64,000 nucleotides of DNA, from contig NW_027191495.1 of NCBI RefSeq assembly GCF_011745625.1, positions 1 through 64,000 of the forward strand, read 5' to 3'. The notes below the pieces were generated by a model that ran no database searches, was not told the origin of the DNA, and worked only from the letters and a program-made list of their open reading frames with translations. The stretch is from Cladosporium halotolerans (taxonomy: Eukaryota). Positions 21,909-34,322 of the stretch are shown piece by piece (positions within the stretch are counted from its first letter, which is position 1; each line of letters opens with the position of its first letter). The position numbers were made by a program, and so were the translations under genes.

Positions 21909-23745
21909 ATGGAGCACGACACCAAGACGCGTGAGTCGCTCCGCCATCTACTACCCCTCTGTTTTTTGTTTGGCGGGGCTTCTGAGGCTGCGATCCGTTA
22001 TTTTATGGTGGCGGCATCACGAACACCATCTCGAAAAGCTGCCCCGGCGTCCTGGCGAAAACACAACATACGCTGACACTCTCTTCGTCCAGCCCCGTCT
22101 CACACGGCCGACAAGAACTCCTTTGGGTACTACTCTGCTCGCGACAGGTGGCCTATCATCCTCGTACGTCTGCCGAGTTATTCACCCTTAAATAAAGCCG
22201 TGTCAGATATTAACGCAAACACTCTTACCAGACGGGCGCCATCGACGACGTGCACAAGGCTGTCTCCGCCGAGAAAGACGGCGAGAAAGCCGAGGAGGGC
22301 AAGGCAATCACACAGGCGCTGGCTGCCCTCAAGTATGAGATCCAGCATGATCGTGTCCTGACGTGAGTTTTCATTTCCCCTGCTTCGCTTCTTGCCGACG
22401 AAAAGAGACTGATCAATTGCAAATTGCAGGCCCCTTCCTGATGATGGCGGTGCCGATATCGCCGGCTACAACAAGGAGATCGAGCAGCGCGGCAACCCGA
22501 CTTGGTTCAACGTGACTTGGTTGTTCTCGGAATGCTACATGTACAGGTATTATTCCCATGTTCTCATAAATGCCATGGTCGATTGCTGACTCCTCCCAGG
22601 CGCATTGCCACCTTGTTCCGCCTGTCCAAACACTGGAAGAACTACGACGTCTTCTTCAAGCAGAAGCAGAGCACTTTCCGCTCCTCCCGCGCCGGCGTCA
22701 TCGAGCTGTCCAACCACTACAACGAAGTCCTCAAGACCCTCAAATCCAACGAGTCCGCCCTCGCCCACGTCTCCGAGGAAGAGCGCACCAAAGCCGAGGA
22801 AGCCCTCTTCGTCGAAATGGGCGAGATCTGCCTCTGGGGCAACGCCACCGACCTCTCGCTCCTCATGCACCTCTCCCTCGAGGAAATCCAGAAACTTCAG
22901 GGCGCCGAGTCGCGCAAAGCGAACCAGGAGAAGATCATCGCGAACGACTTCCCGGCCGCCTTCCGCGCGCTCAAGGAGGCCCAGCGCAGCGGCAAGAAGG
23001 AGCGCCGCGTCGACATCGTGCTCGACAACGCGGGCTTCGAGCTCTTCGTCGACCTCGTCCTCGCCGGCTACCTGCTGGAGTCCGGCCTCGCGACCAACAT
23101 TGTCCTGCGCCCCAAGAACATCCCCTGGTTCGTCTCGGACGTCGTCCCCGCCGACTTCGCCGACACGCTCAACGTGCTGCAGAACGCGAAGGAGTTCTAC
23201 GAGACGCCTGGCGACGACGGCGTTGCGCCGCCTAAGCTTGCGCCTGAAGAGGAGCAGGCTATCGATGGCGTGTTCAAGCACTGGAGCAGCCTTTACGCTG
23301 AGGGCAAGATCACGCTCCGTCCTAACGAGTTCTGGACGCACGGCGGCAGCTACTGGCGCATGCCGGCCACTGCTCCCGCGCTGGTCGAGGACCTGAAGGA
23401 GAGCGAGCTCATCATCTTCAAGGGCGACCTCAACTACCGCAAGTTGACTGGCGATGTAAGTCTTCTTCCCAACCCAATACATTTCTCGAGAACCAGCGCT
23501 AACTATCGACCCAGGCTCTCTGGGACCCAACCACCCCATTCACAACCGCCGTCGGCCCTCTCGGCCCCGGCTCCGGCCTCCGCATCCTGTCCTTCCGTAC
23601 CGTCAAAGCCGATGTCGTCGTCGGTCTGGCTCCTGGCAAAGACGAGGAGCTCAGAGCTACTGAGGGCGGTGGCGGAGACAGTGGTGCGAGGAAGTGGGCT
23701 TGGGGAGGCAGGTGGGCGGTTGTCAGTTTGAGCGATGGCAAGTAA
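21909..23745 (+). CDS. DUF89/ARMT1-like damage-control sugar-phosphate phosphatase (YMR027W-like)
   Basis: Five introns (donors near 21931, 22164, 22363, 22547, 23456). Motifs RWPII, WLFSECYMYRR, CLWGNATDLS, VLDNAGFEL, PWFVSDV, FKGDLNYRKL, RTVKADVVVGL. Confidence 0.92.
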
Positions 23746-24307
23746 GCTGATAGAATAAGATGATGTGCATGACGGATCAAAAATGGCATAGACGTATATA
23801 GACGAAGGTCAGGTTGGGATGATAGATTCAAGATGGGATAACGAAATAGAATAGAGAAGCAAACCTTCAACAGGAATTATGATAATCGTTGTCTGGTCTT
23901 GATGCGTGCTTGTTCGGTGGCAAGGAGATTCAGGCCACTATAGACATACCGCTCGCACGACGAAAAGTTTGCACCAATGCCTTGGACACGTCCTTGTGCC
24001 ACGATTTTGGTTACTTGGTAATGTGAGTAGTCTTCAAAACCCTCATCGACCCCACAGTTGTCTCCATTGATCAATGGAGAGGGGCGTTCTTGGCAGTCAA
24101 CATCCGGCTTGCCGACACCTCTGCCGATGCGATAGACCGACTTATATGCGTCGCCGACAACATAAAATTGCAAAAGGCACGCAGTTAAGTTCATTGGAGT
24201 ATTTAGCCGTAGGTTGTTTTACGCATTCTTCTGGTCCACATTGTCATCTGCTTCCAATTAGACACTCCGCCACCCGCAACCCGCGATCCACACCTTGAGA
24301 CGAGATC

Positions 24308-25661
24308 ATGGACGATACAATACAACCCTACAAAATCAATATCCCTCAATCATCGATAGACGATCTCAATGAGCGCCTCCGCCTGGCTCGCTTCCCTGAC
24401 GAACTCGACGGCGCAGGCTGGGACCTCGGCGCACCGCTAGCAGACATCAAACGCCTTGCAACCTACTGGCGAGACAAATACGACTGGCGGGAATCGGAAA
24501 AGAAACTCAACGACCTTCCTCACTTCAAAACAACAATCACCGTAGACGGTTTCGACCCGCTCTCAATCCACTTCCTACACCAAAAATCCCCTGTCGCCAA
24601 CGCCATCCCCCTCCTCTACATCCACGGCTGGCCCGGCTCCTTCCTCGAAGGCACCAAGCTCCTCTCCTCGCTCACCTCCCCCAGCACCCCAACCGACCCC
24701 TCCTTCTCCGTCGTCATCATATCCCTGCCCAACTTCGGCTTCAGCGCCGCGCCCACCAAACGCGGCTTCGCCCTCAACCAGTACGCCGAAGCCTGCCACC
24801 GCCTGATGCTCAAGCTCGGCTACCCCCAATACGCCACGCAAGGCGGCGACTGGGGCTACTACATCTCGCGCACGATGGCGCTCCTCTTCCCATCCGCCGT
24901 GCGCGCGACGCACATCAACTTCGACTACGGCGGCGGGGCGCCCTCGTTCGCCGCGCACCCGCTGCTGGCGCTCGAGCACAGTCTGCGGCCTTACTCGGAG
25001 CGCGAGAAGGCGGGGCTGGAGCGCACGAAGTGGTTCATGGAGGAGGGGAGCGGGTACCGGGCGATTTCGGCGACGAAGCCGCAGACGCTGGCGTACGCGC
25101 TGGCGGACAGCCCGGTCGGATGGTTGGCATGGGTGTACGAGAAGCTGGTGGAGTGGACGGACGGGTATGCGTGGACGGACGAGGAGGTGTGCGAGTGGGT
25201 GAGCGTGCATTGGTTCAGTGAGGCTGGGATGTGAGTTCTGAGCTTCTGGCCAGAAGTCAACCCTTTCTTCCAAACATCCGTGTGCTAACAAATCCAGCGC
25301 CGCGACACTCCGCATCTACTACGAATCCACACACCCCTCTCCGAAACCCTCTCTCTCCAGCCCAGAACCAACGACCCGCACTCGCACGGGCGAATGGATC
25401 CCCGACGTCCCGATCGGCTACAGCCACCAACCTCGCGAACTGCGCATCGTGCCCTCGACGTGGTACCGCAAGCTGGGGACGATAGTGTTCGACAGGCACA
25501 ACGAGTCGGGCGGCCATTTCTGGGCGTGGGAGAAGCCGGAGAGCGTGGTGCGCGATTTGAGGGACATGTTTCGAAAGCCTGGACCGGGGCAGGGTGATGA
25601 GAAGGGGGAGGGCATTGGAGGGGCGTTTGGGGTTGTAGAAGGGAGGGATGGGTATGCCTGA
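24308..25661 (+). CDS. Microsomal-type epoxide hydrolase (EHN domain plus alpha/beta hydrolase)
   Basis: One intron at about 25231-25298. Motifs YWRDKYDWR, HGWPGSFLE, SLPNFGFS, nucleophile QGGDWG, RIYYE, catalytic His in GGHFWAWEKP. Confidence 0.93.
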
Positions 25662-25783
25662 GTTCTTTACAGAAGCGATTCTATGCAATAGCCCACATCG
25701 TTTCCAGGTGTGTAAGGGGGTTTTAGCAAACGACCAGAGCCGATGGATAAAGACACTTCGTGTCCGAATCCCGAGCTGCGTCT

Positions 25784-27645
25784 CTAATCGAAAAGCTTAA
25801 ACCCACCCGGCAGCTGCTTCTGAAACACACCTCTAGGATCATACTTCCTGCTCACAGCTCGCAGATGCGCTACACTCTCCGGGCCATACCCCCGAATCGG
25901 ATCCTGCCAATCCGCCGCATAGTTGAGATACTCATACTCATTGAACAATCCGAGTTCACTAGCGCTCGCTCTATTCTTCGCGAAAAGCGCTTTGGCCTCT
26001 TGCTCGATGATCTCATCGTCCGCCTCGGTATCCCAAGAGACATTGAGAAGCGCGTTGAACAGATTCCCGTCAGCTGCGCCGAGACCGAGCGAGTTGCCGC
26101 CGCGAGCGGCAGCTTTGGAAGTGATGGCCGTGGGCATCGGCTGGAAGGTCAGGCTGAAGGCGAGGTTCGGGACGTGTGAAAGGGTCTGGGCGGTGGCATT
26201 GGTGGCGTCGAAGATCTTGGACATAAGCTCCGCCGAGTTGGCGAAGGTTGCTGTGACCATCAATTGGCGGCGGCCGGAGGGGCTGGATTCGGCGATCTCG
26301 AGGGCGAAGTCCGTGAGGTTGGAGATGCGCATGGTGGAGTAGATCTGCGGGAGAGAGGTGAAGTTCTGGAAGAAGGGTGGGTTCTCTTCTGCTTTGGTAT
26401 ATTGGATGTTGTTGGCGATGATCCATGTTTTTTCAGCGGCCGAGAAAGCGTAGCTGTTGATGAGGGCAGCGTATGGGTCGTAGTTTGAGCTGCCAGCGAG
26501 GGCTTCGAAGGCGGCGAATTGCGCGTCTTTAGCGCTGATGTCGTTCACAATTGATCCGCCCCTACCGAAAACGATGAGAACTTGGTGATGGTAGCGTTCG
26601 TTCGAGAGGCATTCGCTTACCAGAACTTGCCCTGCTTGAACGCCATCGATTCAAATTCGGTCACAATGCCGAAGTTGTTAGAGCCGCCCTTGAGAGCTTT
26701 GAACAGATCGGGATGCGAAGCTTGTGTTACGTTGGTGAGAACACCTGAAGCTAAGACAATCTGTGACCGACCGTGAGTGAACTATTCAGTGACTGGATGG
26801 ATGGAAGACCTACTTCGAAGCGAACCACTTCGTCGCAAACGAACCCGTATCTAGGAGAGAAGAAAGATACACCGCCTGTGTTGCTACGTCAGTCATTCAT
26901 ACGTACAGCGCCCAGGTACGGTGCTGATCTGTGGAATCACTTACCTCCCAAAGTCAAGCCACCAACTCCCACCGAAGCTACTCGCCCGCCCCCGATGGCT
27001 ATGCCCAGGGCATCAAGCTGGGAGTACACCTGAGCCCAACGGTTGCCAACGCCGACCGTCACTGTCGACAAGTCCTCAGACGGCGAGACTCTCTTCAAGC
27101 CGCTCAGGTCGATCGTAATGCCTTGCTGAATGTTCGCTGCTCCCGCAAAGGGTGTGTGACTAGGAAACTATCAGTTCCGCAACTCGCATAGATACATCGT
27201 GACAGACATACCCGCCGCTTCGGACAGCGAAGTCGCATTTGCCTGGTAGAAATCGGCCTCCGATGTTGAGCAGGGCCATGGCGAGAGCGACATCATGGCT
27301 TTCGGTCGGGGAGACCACACATGTGGGACGCAAGTCTTCTTCTTGGAGGCTCCAATACGAGGCCAAGGAGTCATTGTAAGAAGAGCTGCCGGCGTAAGAG
27401 ACTTTCTCAGGAAGAGCGAGTTTGAGAGCGGCACACTATCGTTTGTCAGCAATCTCATCCAAATTCCGAAGAAGACGTCGACGAGGTCATCAACTGATCT
27501 TGAGAGCTGAACTTACGCAGGTCTTCCCCTGCGACAGAAAGCCTTCAGCTGCCGTCTCAGACATTGCAGGCGCCGCAGATGACATGGACGCCTCAACCCG
27601 CCAGCTTGCCAATAGAGGCAGCATGGAAATGAGTGAGCCCTTCAT
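25784..27645 (-). CDS. Secreted FAD-linked oxidoreductase (berberine-bridge/6-HDNO-like)
   Basis: Five introns. Spliced product has a signal peptide, SYWSLQ, FAVRSGGH (covalent FAD His), [27 protein letters not shown] and KYDPRGVFQ. Confidence 0.9.
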
Positions 27646-28935
27646 GCTCGCTACTTGATCTAGATAAGAAGAGGTAAAAGTGACCGTCGCTGCGAGCGAG
27701 AGGGAAGGTGAGATAGGATACCATTTCTACGAACAGCATTATTTAACAACTCTCTTCGGCGCCGGCGCAAGGCTTAATTTTAGCCACATGTGCCATCGAA
27801 TGCAGGGCTTCTTGACCGGTCCCCAAATTTGCATAAGACCTTGGCCACAACCTGCCAAGAAGTGCGCAAGCTGTGGTTAGTAAATGCTGCGATTGCGGAT
27901 CCCCATATTGTGTGGCTGAGAAACGAGACGGCAAGTGGTCCAGCGATTCGTGAAAGTTGAAAAGGATTCGTAGCCGAGCTGAAAGGTCGCGTTAGCGAGC
28001 TGCAGCGAAAGGCACAGCCTTCCAGCTGACAACCGGTCAAAGTCAAATCCGGGTATGAGACGGATTTGCGGTGACGCTATTGACGATTTTACATGCTCAC
28101 TACCGCGGCATTCATGGCGAGGTCCGAGACGAACGTATATTAATCCGGGGAAAAAGAATAATGATAAAGACTCAGCCGCATGAGGCGCGGCGAGCTGTAC
28201 CTGAGGTTCCTGCAGCTCGCCAGCTCGCGTCTGATAAGCGAGCTGGAGGATTTCCAAGGTATGGCAGCGTTGCAGCCTTGCATTTCGGCGATTTTCACTG
28301 ATGGAAGTGGTCTTAGTGACCGATGTCTCTAGCTGAAGCAAGGGCAATCTAGAATAAAGGCTGCAAAGTTAGAACTGACTTATTAGTACATGGTTAGAAC
28401 GGCCTAAAAAGCTAATTGGCCCAAAAGCCCATTGAAAACATCAAGACGGTCGTCACATTCTTGTTAAACCACGAGCGCCCTTAGACTACACTGCGCAACA
28501 GACCAGAGGTCCTGAATATCTGTGTGAAGACAATAGAAATGAATACTTATTATTGCAATGTCTTTAGTAGACCGTACTGGAAAGGAGAGAGGCAAAAGAA
28601 GCTCGGTAAGAGAAAAGCACAAGGAAGAAGAGGAGCATGATTAACGCCGGCTTGCATGCAACTTGTCTAGACTAATATTGAATAGCTTGTTGTGATTGTT
28701 GCTGACTTTGTTTTGATGGTGAAAACTCGGGAGGTCGGGCGCGTGGTCGTGAAGGGAGCGTGAGCGTAGCAGGTTGCTTGGTTGGTTTTTGATAGACTCG
28801 GTGCGTGGGTGCACTGTACAATTTCCCCACGGTGGGTGGGAGAGGCAGCGGTCGTGTCTGATCGAGCTGGACATGCCGGATTAATCGAGTCGTAGTGGCG
28901 ATTGCTCTTCCAGGCAAGGGTATCGTTCGAGTCAT

Positions 28936-30512
28936 TTAGCTCTGCTTGCACTCAGCAGCCTCCTGCTTGGGCCTGGAGCCGTCCTCCTGGAAATATGTCA
29001 GCAAGTGTTACTCAATGGACGGGCTGCGTGATAGAACACACCTCGTCATCCTCCTCCTCCTCGTCCTCGTCGTCATCGCGCTCCTCATCATCCTCATCGT
29101 CCTCATCCTCAAAGTCATCCTCGTCGAAGTCATCGAGACCCTGCTCGAATTGCAGAGCCTCGCCGGTGAACCAGTCGATGGCACGAGGAATGAGCTTCTC
29201 CTTGATGTCCTCACCGAGCTGGTAATCGAGCTCAAGCTTCTGCTCAATGTCCTCGTCAATCTCGTCGTCCTCATCTGAAGGCGGGGTGGCGGGGTTGAAG
29301 AAGTCGAAGAAGGAAGGTGTGGGGATGGTCTTCTTGACGACGCGGGTCTGCTTGGTGTCTGTATCATTGTTAGCATGGCAAGTTGCAATCCCAGTGGCGT
29401 TTGCGACTTACTCTTGTTCCTCTGCTTCTTGCTCTCAATCTTGACGGTGAGGTCCTGGCCCTCCTTCCAGTCAATCTTGTCACCCTCGGCGTGGTCGTAG
29501 ATGAAGTCGCCACCGTAGCCGTTCTCCTCCTGGTAGTAGTAGGTTTTGCTGATGGTTTTGTTGGTGAAGAAGGCGTTCTCGGCGAACTCGAAAATGAGGC
29601 GGAAGCCGGGGCGGTCAAGGTACTCCATGCGAATGTCGGTCAGGTCCTTGAGCGCCTCCTCGTCACGGTCGGTGATGGTCTCGGCAAGGGAAGAGTTCTT
29701 CATGGCGCTGAGCCAGAACTCGGGGATACCCTTCAGGTCAGCGGCGGAAGCCTCCTCCTCGGCGGAAGGCTTCTCGGCCTCCTCGTCGTCCTCGTCATCC
29801 TCGCGCTCAGCCTCGCCAGTCTTGATCTCCTCCTCGGTGGGCTCAGCCTGGCCGTTGACAATCTTGGCGCGCTTCTCGTACAGAGGGGTGAACTTGGCGA
29901 AGAACTTCTTCTCGAGCTCGAGGACCTCCTCCTGGAACTGGGCCTCGAGCTTGGAGTGCTCCTTCTGGACACCCTTGAGGCCGTCGACACGTCTCCGCAC
30001 GGGCGTGGGGAGCGACTCGACGTAGCCAGAGGAGCGGCCGACGAGGCCGGAGAGCTTGTTCTGCATCATGGAGACAAGGCGAGGGTTCTGGGCGAAGAGC
30101 GAGGCGGCGGCAGCGCGGTCGAGGTCCTCTGTGCAGCAGAGGTGGTCAGCATGTGTCTCCGGGTGCAGGCGACTGACGCAATGGCAGCGAGAGGGCACTC
30201 ACCTTCCTTGATGTCGGCGACGGTGGGTGCCTGGGCACGGCTGGAGATGGGCGCATTCTGGGCCGGGGTGTTCTGGGGCGTTCTGGTATCCATGGTGTTA
30301 GTGGGCGGCGGGACTGGGCGCGTGACCATGGTATGTGTAGGAGAGAGGAGCAGGCGGTGGCGGCAGGCTGGGAGAGGAAAATTTCCAGATGGGCCGGGTG
30401 TTGACGCGGAGGCGGTAGTGGATTGCTAGGGCGAGGGGAGGAGGAAGAGGAGGAAGACTCACGGGGCGGGAGCGTAGCTCTTGCCGCCTTTGATCGGCTC
30501 GGAGCCCGACAT
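28936..30512 (-). CDS. NAP1: Nucleosome assembly protein 1
   Basis: First exon [17 protein letters not shown] at 30512, four introns. Motifs [42 protein letters not shown]; acidic tail; C-terminal ECKQS*. Confidence 0.95.
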
Positions 30513-30905
30513 GGTGCTGGCGCTGGCGGTGGTGCGGGTCGACGGGGATCGAGCAGTTGGGGAGGGTGTGCAGGTGGTGAGAGCAGATGCAGGTGGCTCG
30601 CGAGTTGGGAACTGCCTGGGTTGGATGGCTCAACGCGCTGGGGGGCGCAGACCAGGCGAGAGAAGAAAACGGCGGGGTTCCATCCAGGCGCTGCCCGGCG
30701 GCAACTCCCGCCCCGGCCAGCCGCCAAGCCCGCGCCTTCAGCCCTACGCTCAGCGCAGCGGACGACCGCCGGCGCAGATTTGGGCGCTGCGGATGGGCCA
30801 GGCGGTCGTCGCAGTTCACTTCATCTGCCGCCCTCTCCCAAGCCACCGCCGCACACCTCTTATCGACCGTACCGCCGTCGCCCCGCACACATCCCGCCCG
30901 CCGCC

Positions 30906-31296
30906 ATGGACCAGCTTCAGATCTCCGCCGAGACCCAACAGGGCCTGCAGAACCTCAGCGCCAAAGACAAGCAGGAGCTCAACCAGTTCGTCGTCGGCGA
31001 GACGCAGAAGGCTCAGATCCAGTCCAGTACGCGCGTTCCAAGCCTGCGGCATTACCGTGCGCCTCTGTAGATCAAATGATTGGGGCGCATGTGTAGCTGT
31101 CTTATCTAGATACATCTGCTAACACATCGCCACAGCCATTCACGAGCTCAACTCCGTATGCTTCAAGAAGTGCATCACCGGCCGCATGTCGTCGGGCTCT
31201 CTCGAGCGCAACGAGGACTCTTGCATGAAGAACTGCGTCGACCGCTACATGGACGCCAGCATGCTCGTCGTCAAGAACCTTGAGAAGATGAGGTAA
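30906..31296 (+). CDS. TIM8: Mitochondrial intermembrane-space chaperone Tim8
   Basis: One intron at about 31027-31135. Twin CX3C motif (CFKKC...CMKNCVDRYMD); DKQELNQFV. Confidence 0.92.
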
Positions 31297-31748
31297 AAGC
31301 GATGACGATAGTGGATGATGTACGATACGTGGAAGCACGGACAGACAGAGGGAGACATGATGGACGGCAACCATGATGCATTTGCCATGTATATATGTGC
31401 ATTATACCCGCCGCACGTAGGCGGTGCAGGAAGGCTGCGCCCAGCGTGGGCACGGGAAGCATTTGTTTTGTAAGATAGACGAGACGGCCTGGGACGTCGA
31501 CTTTCACGGCCGAGCAATGGAAGTATGAAGAGAGTCAAAGCAAAATTGGCACCGGAGAAGCGGCGCGAGCGCCTTGTATCATACTGTCTGGTGTACTAGT
31601 ACGCTCATTTGATCTTGCCCTTCGGCTTTTCCACCTAAAAATGACCATGTCCCAGCCCAATCCTGACTGAGCTTCGAAAGGTATCACTGGCCAGTTTATA
31701 TACTCCTCCAGCGCCAAACTATCATGAAGCAGCCGACAACGAACCAGC

Positions 31749-32428
31749 TTACACAATGGCGAGCTTGGTGGCGGCGATGTCAAGGGCATCGACGTCAGGA
31801 GTCAGACGGGCGAAGGCCTTCTTGGAGCCATCGGGCCTAGTAATCTATTAGTTGCTGTCCCCTCTTCTTTCATTCTATGCGCGATTCTCCCATACCTGAT
31901 GAGGGTGTTGAGCTTGACGGTCTCGACATCGTAGAGAGTCTTGAGAGCGGCCTTGATCTGCCTCTTGTTCGACTTGGTGTCGACAATGAAGACCAGGGTG
32001 TTGTTCTCCTCGATCATCTTCATGGCGCTCTCGGTGTTGAGCGGGTGGATGATGACCTTGGAGGCATCGAAGCGAGGCTGACGCGGGATGCTCCTACGGG
32101 GGTAGGCGGGAGAGCGCGAGAGCTTGAGGGTCTTCGGCAGGTGGAAGGTGGTGCTGGTGCGCACCTTGCGGACCTTGTGCGAGTTGACCTGTTTTGACAC
32201 AGGCCGTCAGAATGATGGGTTCTCTGACACGCCTCATGGTAGCATTGTAGGTGGGATGGTGCTTACACCGCGAAGGGTGGCCTTGGCCGCAGCGGAAGCC
32301 TGCTGGGAGGGCTTGCTGGGCTTGCTGGCGTCTGTGAGGGAGTGGAATTAGCATGAATTCCTCTCTGGTGTCGCGGAAAGATCGTGATCCTCGCAAGGGG
32401 TTTTGCGCATACTCTTAGTGGCAGGCAT
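31749..32428 (-). CDS. RPL25: 60S ribosomal protein L25 (uL23)
   Basis: Three introns. [69 protein letters not shown]. Confidence 0.96.
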
Positions 32429-32990
32429 TGTCGATGGTCGTTGTCGTCGTCGCTGCTTTCGCGGGTGAAGTCGTCGCAAGCCAGTCGGCACACGAAAAGT
32501 TCGGGTGGTAGTCGTCGAAATTCGCTTGAGCGGCGCTTGGCAGAAAGTAATGCCTCAGGCTTTAAGGCATGAACTTCAAGCCTTCATCAGAAGCAAGCTC
32601 GCGGCTTGCCCCATCGCAGCGTTCTCGATGAGACATGAAATATCTTCATATCTTGCACTTGATAGTGACATCTACTCACTTAATACTGCGACTGATACTT
32701 GCATCGCTCGACACCGCTGCTGCAGTCACTTTGTGCACGCCTTCCATTCTACAGCGCGAACGCGAAAACCAGCAGTCTCGACAGATTAACATCTAATAAT
32801 AACTATCGCGGTAAGATGAAGTGCAACAGAACAGAGCGATCCGCGTCAATGGAGAATAGCATGAAAAAATGACCTGCAAGAAGTCGCGTCTGCTGGACAT
32901 GTCTTGCGCTCCACTCGCAATTCAACGCCAAATTGGGTATCATAAGGCACGTTTCCTCATCAAGGCGTATCTCATAAAATCAAAACGCAT

Positions 32991-33677
32991 TCACCTCCTC
33001 TCTTTCCTTGCTCTCCTTTCTTCGGAATTTGTTCTGTACCAGTTCTCTGCTGCATTTGTAGCCGCAGCTCCGGCGACCGCACCGCCTAGGACTTTCCAAT
33101 TTCGGTTCTTCTCGCCACCGAAGTGTCGAGCAGTCATCGCACCCAATGCGGCTCCAGCAGCTCCAGCAATGATACCATCGTAAGAATTGTCGAAATTGCG
33201 CTCCCACAGGTTGCCATCGCGGCGCTGTTTCATACCCTCATAGTAATCATCTTCGGATTGCGTGCGTCTGCGGTGCGAATGACGCCTTCTCCGGTCGCGA
33301 TAACGGCGTTCCCGTGAGGATTCACTGTCGCTTGGTTCTTCGTAGTATCTCTGAGGACCTCTTCCACGAGCTAATGGACGGTCGTAACTCCGACTTCTGA
33401 AGGCCTCATGACCGGGCACGCCATGCTCCATTGTCCGTCTGAAGGCGTAGTACTGTTGTTCACCCTCGCCATCTTCATTCCAACGATTGGAACGCTCTCG
33501 ACTTTTGCTCGCTCCACGCGACTGAGATCGAGACTTGTTGACAACTTCCAATTCGCGAGTGCGAATGTCCTCCATCTCATCTGGAGGTACTTCTTGGATG
33601 CGGCGCTCCCGAATCCTCTCGCCTGTCCGGGGATCATCGTAAGTCACATCAACAATCTGGGAGCGATTCGAAGCCAT
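32991..33677 (-). CDS. Hypothetical Arg/Ser-rich protein with a C-terminal glycine-zipper two-helix motif
   Basis: 228-aa ORF with good ATG context; GIIAGAAGAALG and LGGAVAGAAA segments. Confidence 0.7.
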   Translation of the reverse strand: MASNRSQIVDVTYDDPRTGERIRERRIQEVPPDEMEDIRTRELEVVNKSRSQSRGASKSRERSNRWNEDGEGEQQYYAFRRTMEHGVPGHEAFRSRSYDRPLARGRGPQRYYEEPSDSESSRERRYRDRRRRHSHRRRTQSEDDYYEGMKQRRDGNLWERNFDNSYDGIIAGAAGAALGAMTARHFGGEKNRNWKVLGGAVAGAAATNAAENWYRTNSEERRARKERR

Positions 33678-34322
33678 CGTGGGGCTCTTCTCTCAATTCT
33701 GTAGTTATGTTGAGCGCAAGGATGGCGCATCTCACCGTAAGTATACATGTAGTCAGACGAACCGCTGTCCTGCGCTTCTGAGGCGCCATCGACGTCACCG
33801 GGCCACCGAAACCTGTCACGCCTGTGTCTCTTGCGACGAGCCACCGCAGCCACCGCAATACCCCGGTTTGCCCCAGACCGCATCTTTGCGATCTGGGCTA
33901 CTGACCACCTGACATGCCGGGGTATGCCCGCCAAAGGCCGTACTTATACACGGAACAGCTCGATGTACCGTAATCGCCCGTGGTGCACCCGTACTGGCGG
34001 CTGACGCCAGGTGGACACGCCACTCGCTAGCCCCAGGAGCTACATTGAAACAACCTTGTAGTGCTCTCGCCTGTGCACTTCTCGATTGACAGTGACTTGT
34101 GAGCCATGAATTATTTGACACGGTTGCAGCACCGCCGTGTTCGATGTACGCTTGCAGGATGCGTAGGGCTGCGGGCAACGGGCCCCTCAAGGTTAATGAA
34201 CTAGGTTTGGCCCGGAAGTCGGGATTGCAATCTCTTCAACGCGCACTACTTCGATCGAGTTCGGCTGCTTGGCTCCTCTTCAGACCCGTCCATCCATCGG
34301 ATGAGCAACCCTGGCCACTAAA

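Noticed and set aside
23877..24194. 105-aa minus-strand ORF between DUF89 and the epoxide hydrolase
   Set aside because: No motif or codon bias, and it lies in the UTR/promoter space of its neighbours.
24308..27645. Epoxide hydrolase plus FAD oxidoreductase as a secondary-metabolite cluster
   Set aside because: No PKS, NRPS or terpene backbone gene in the window, and the pair is flanked by housekeeping genes.
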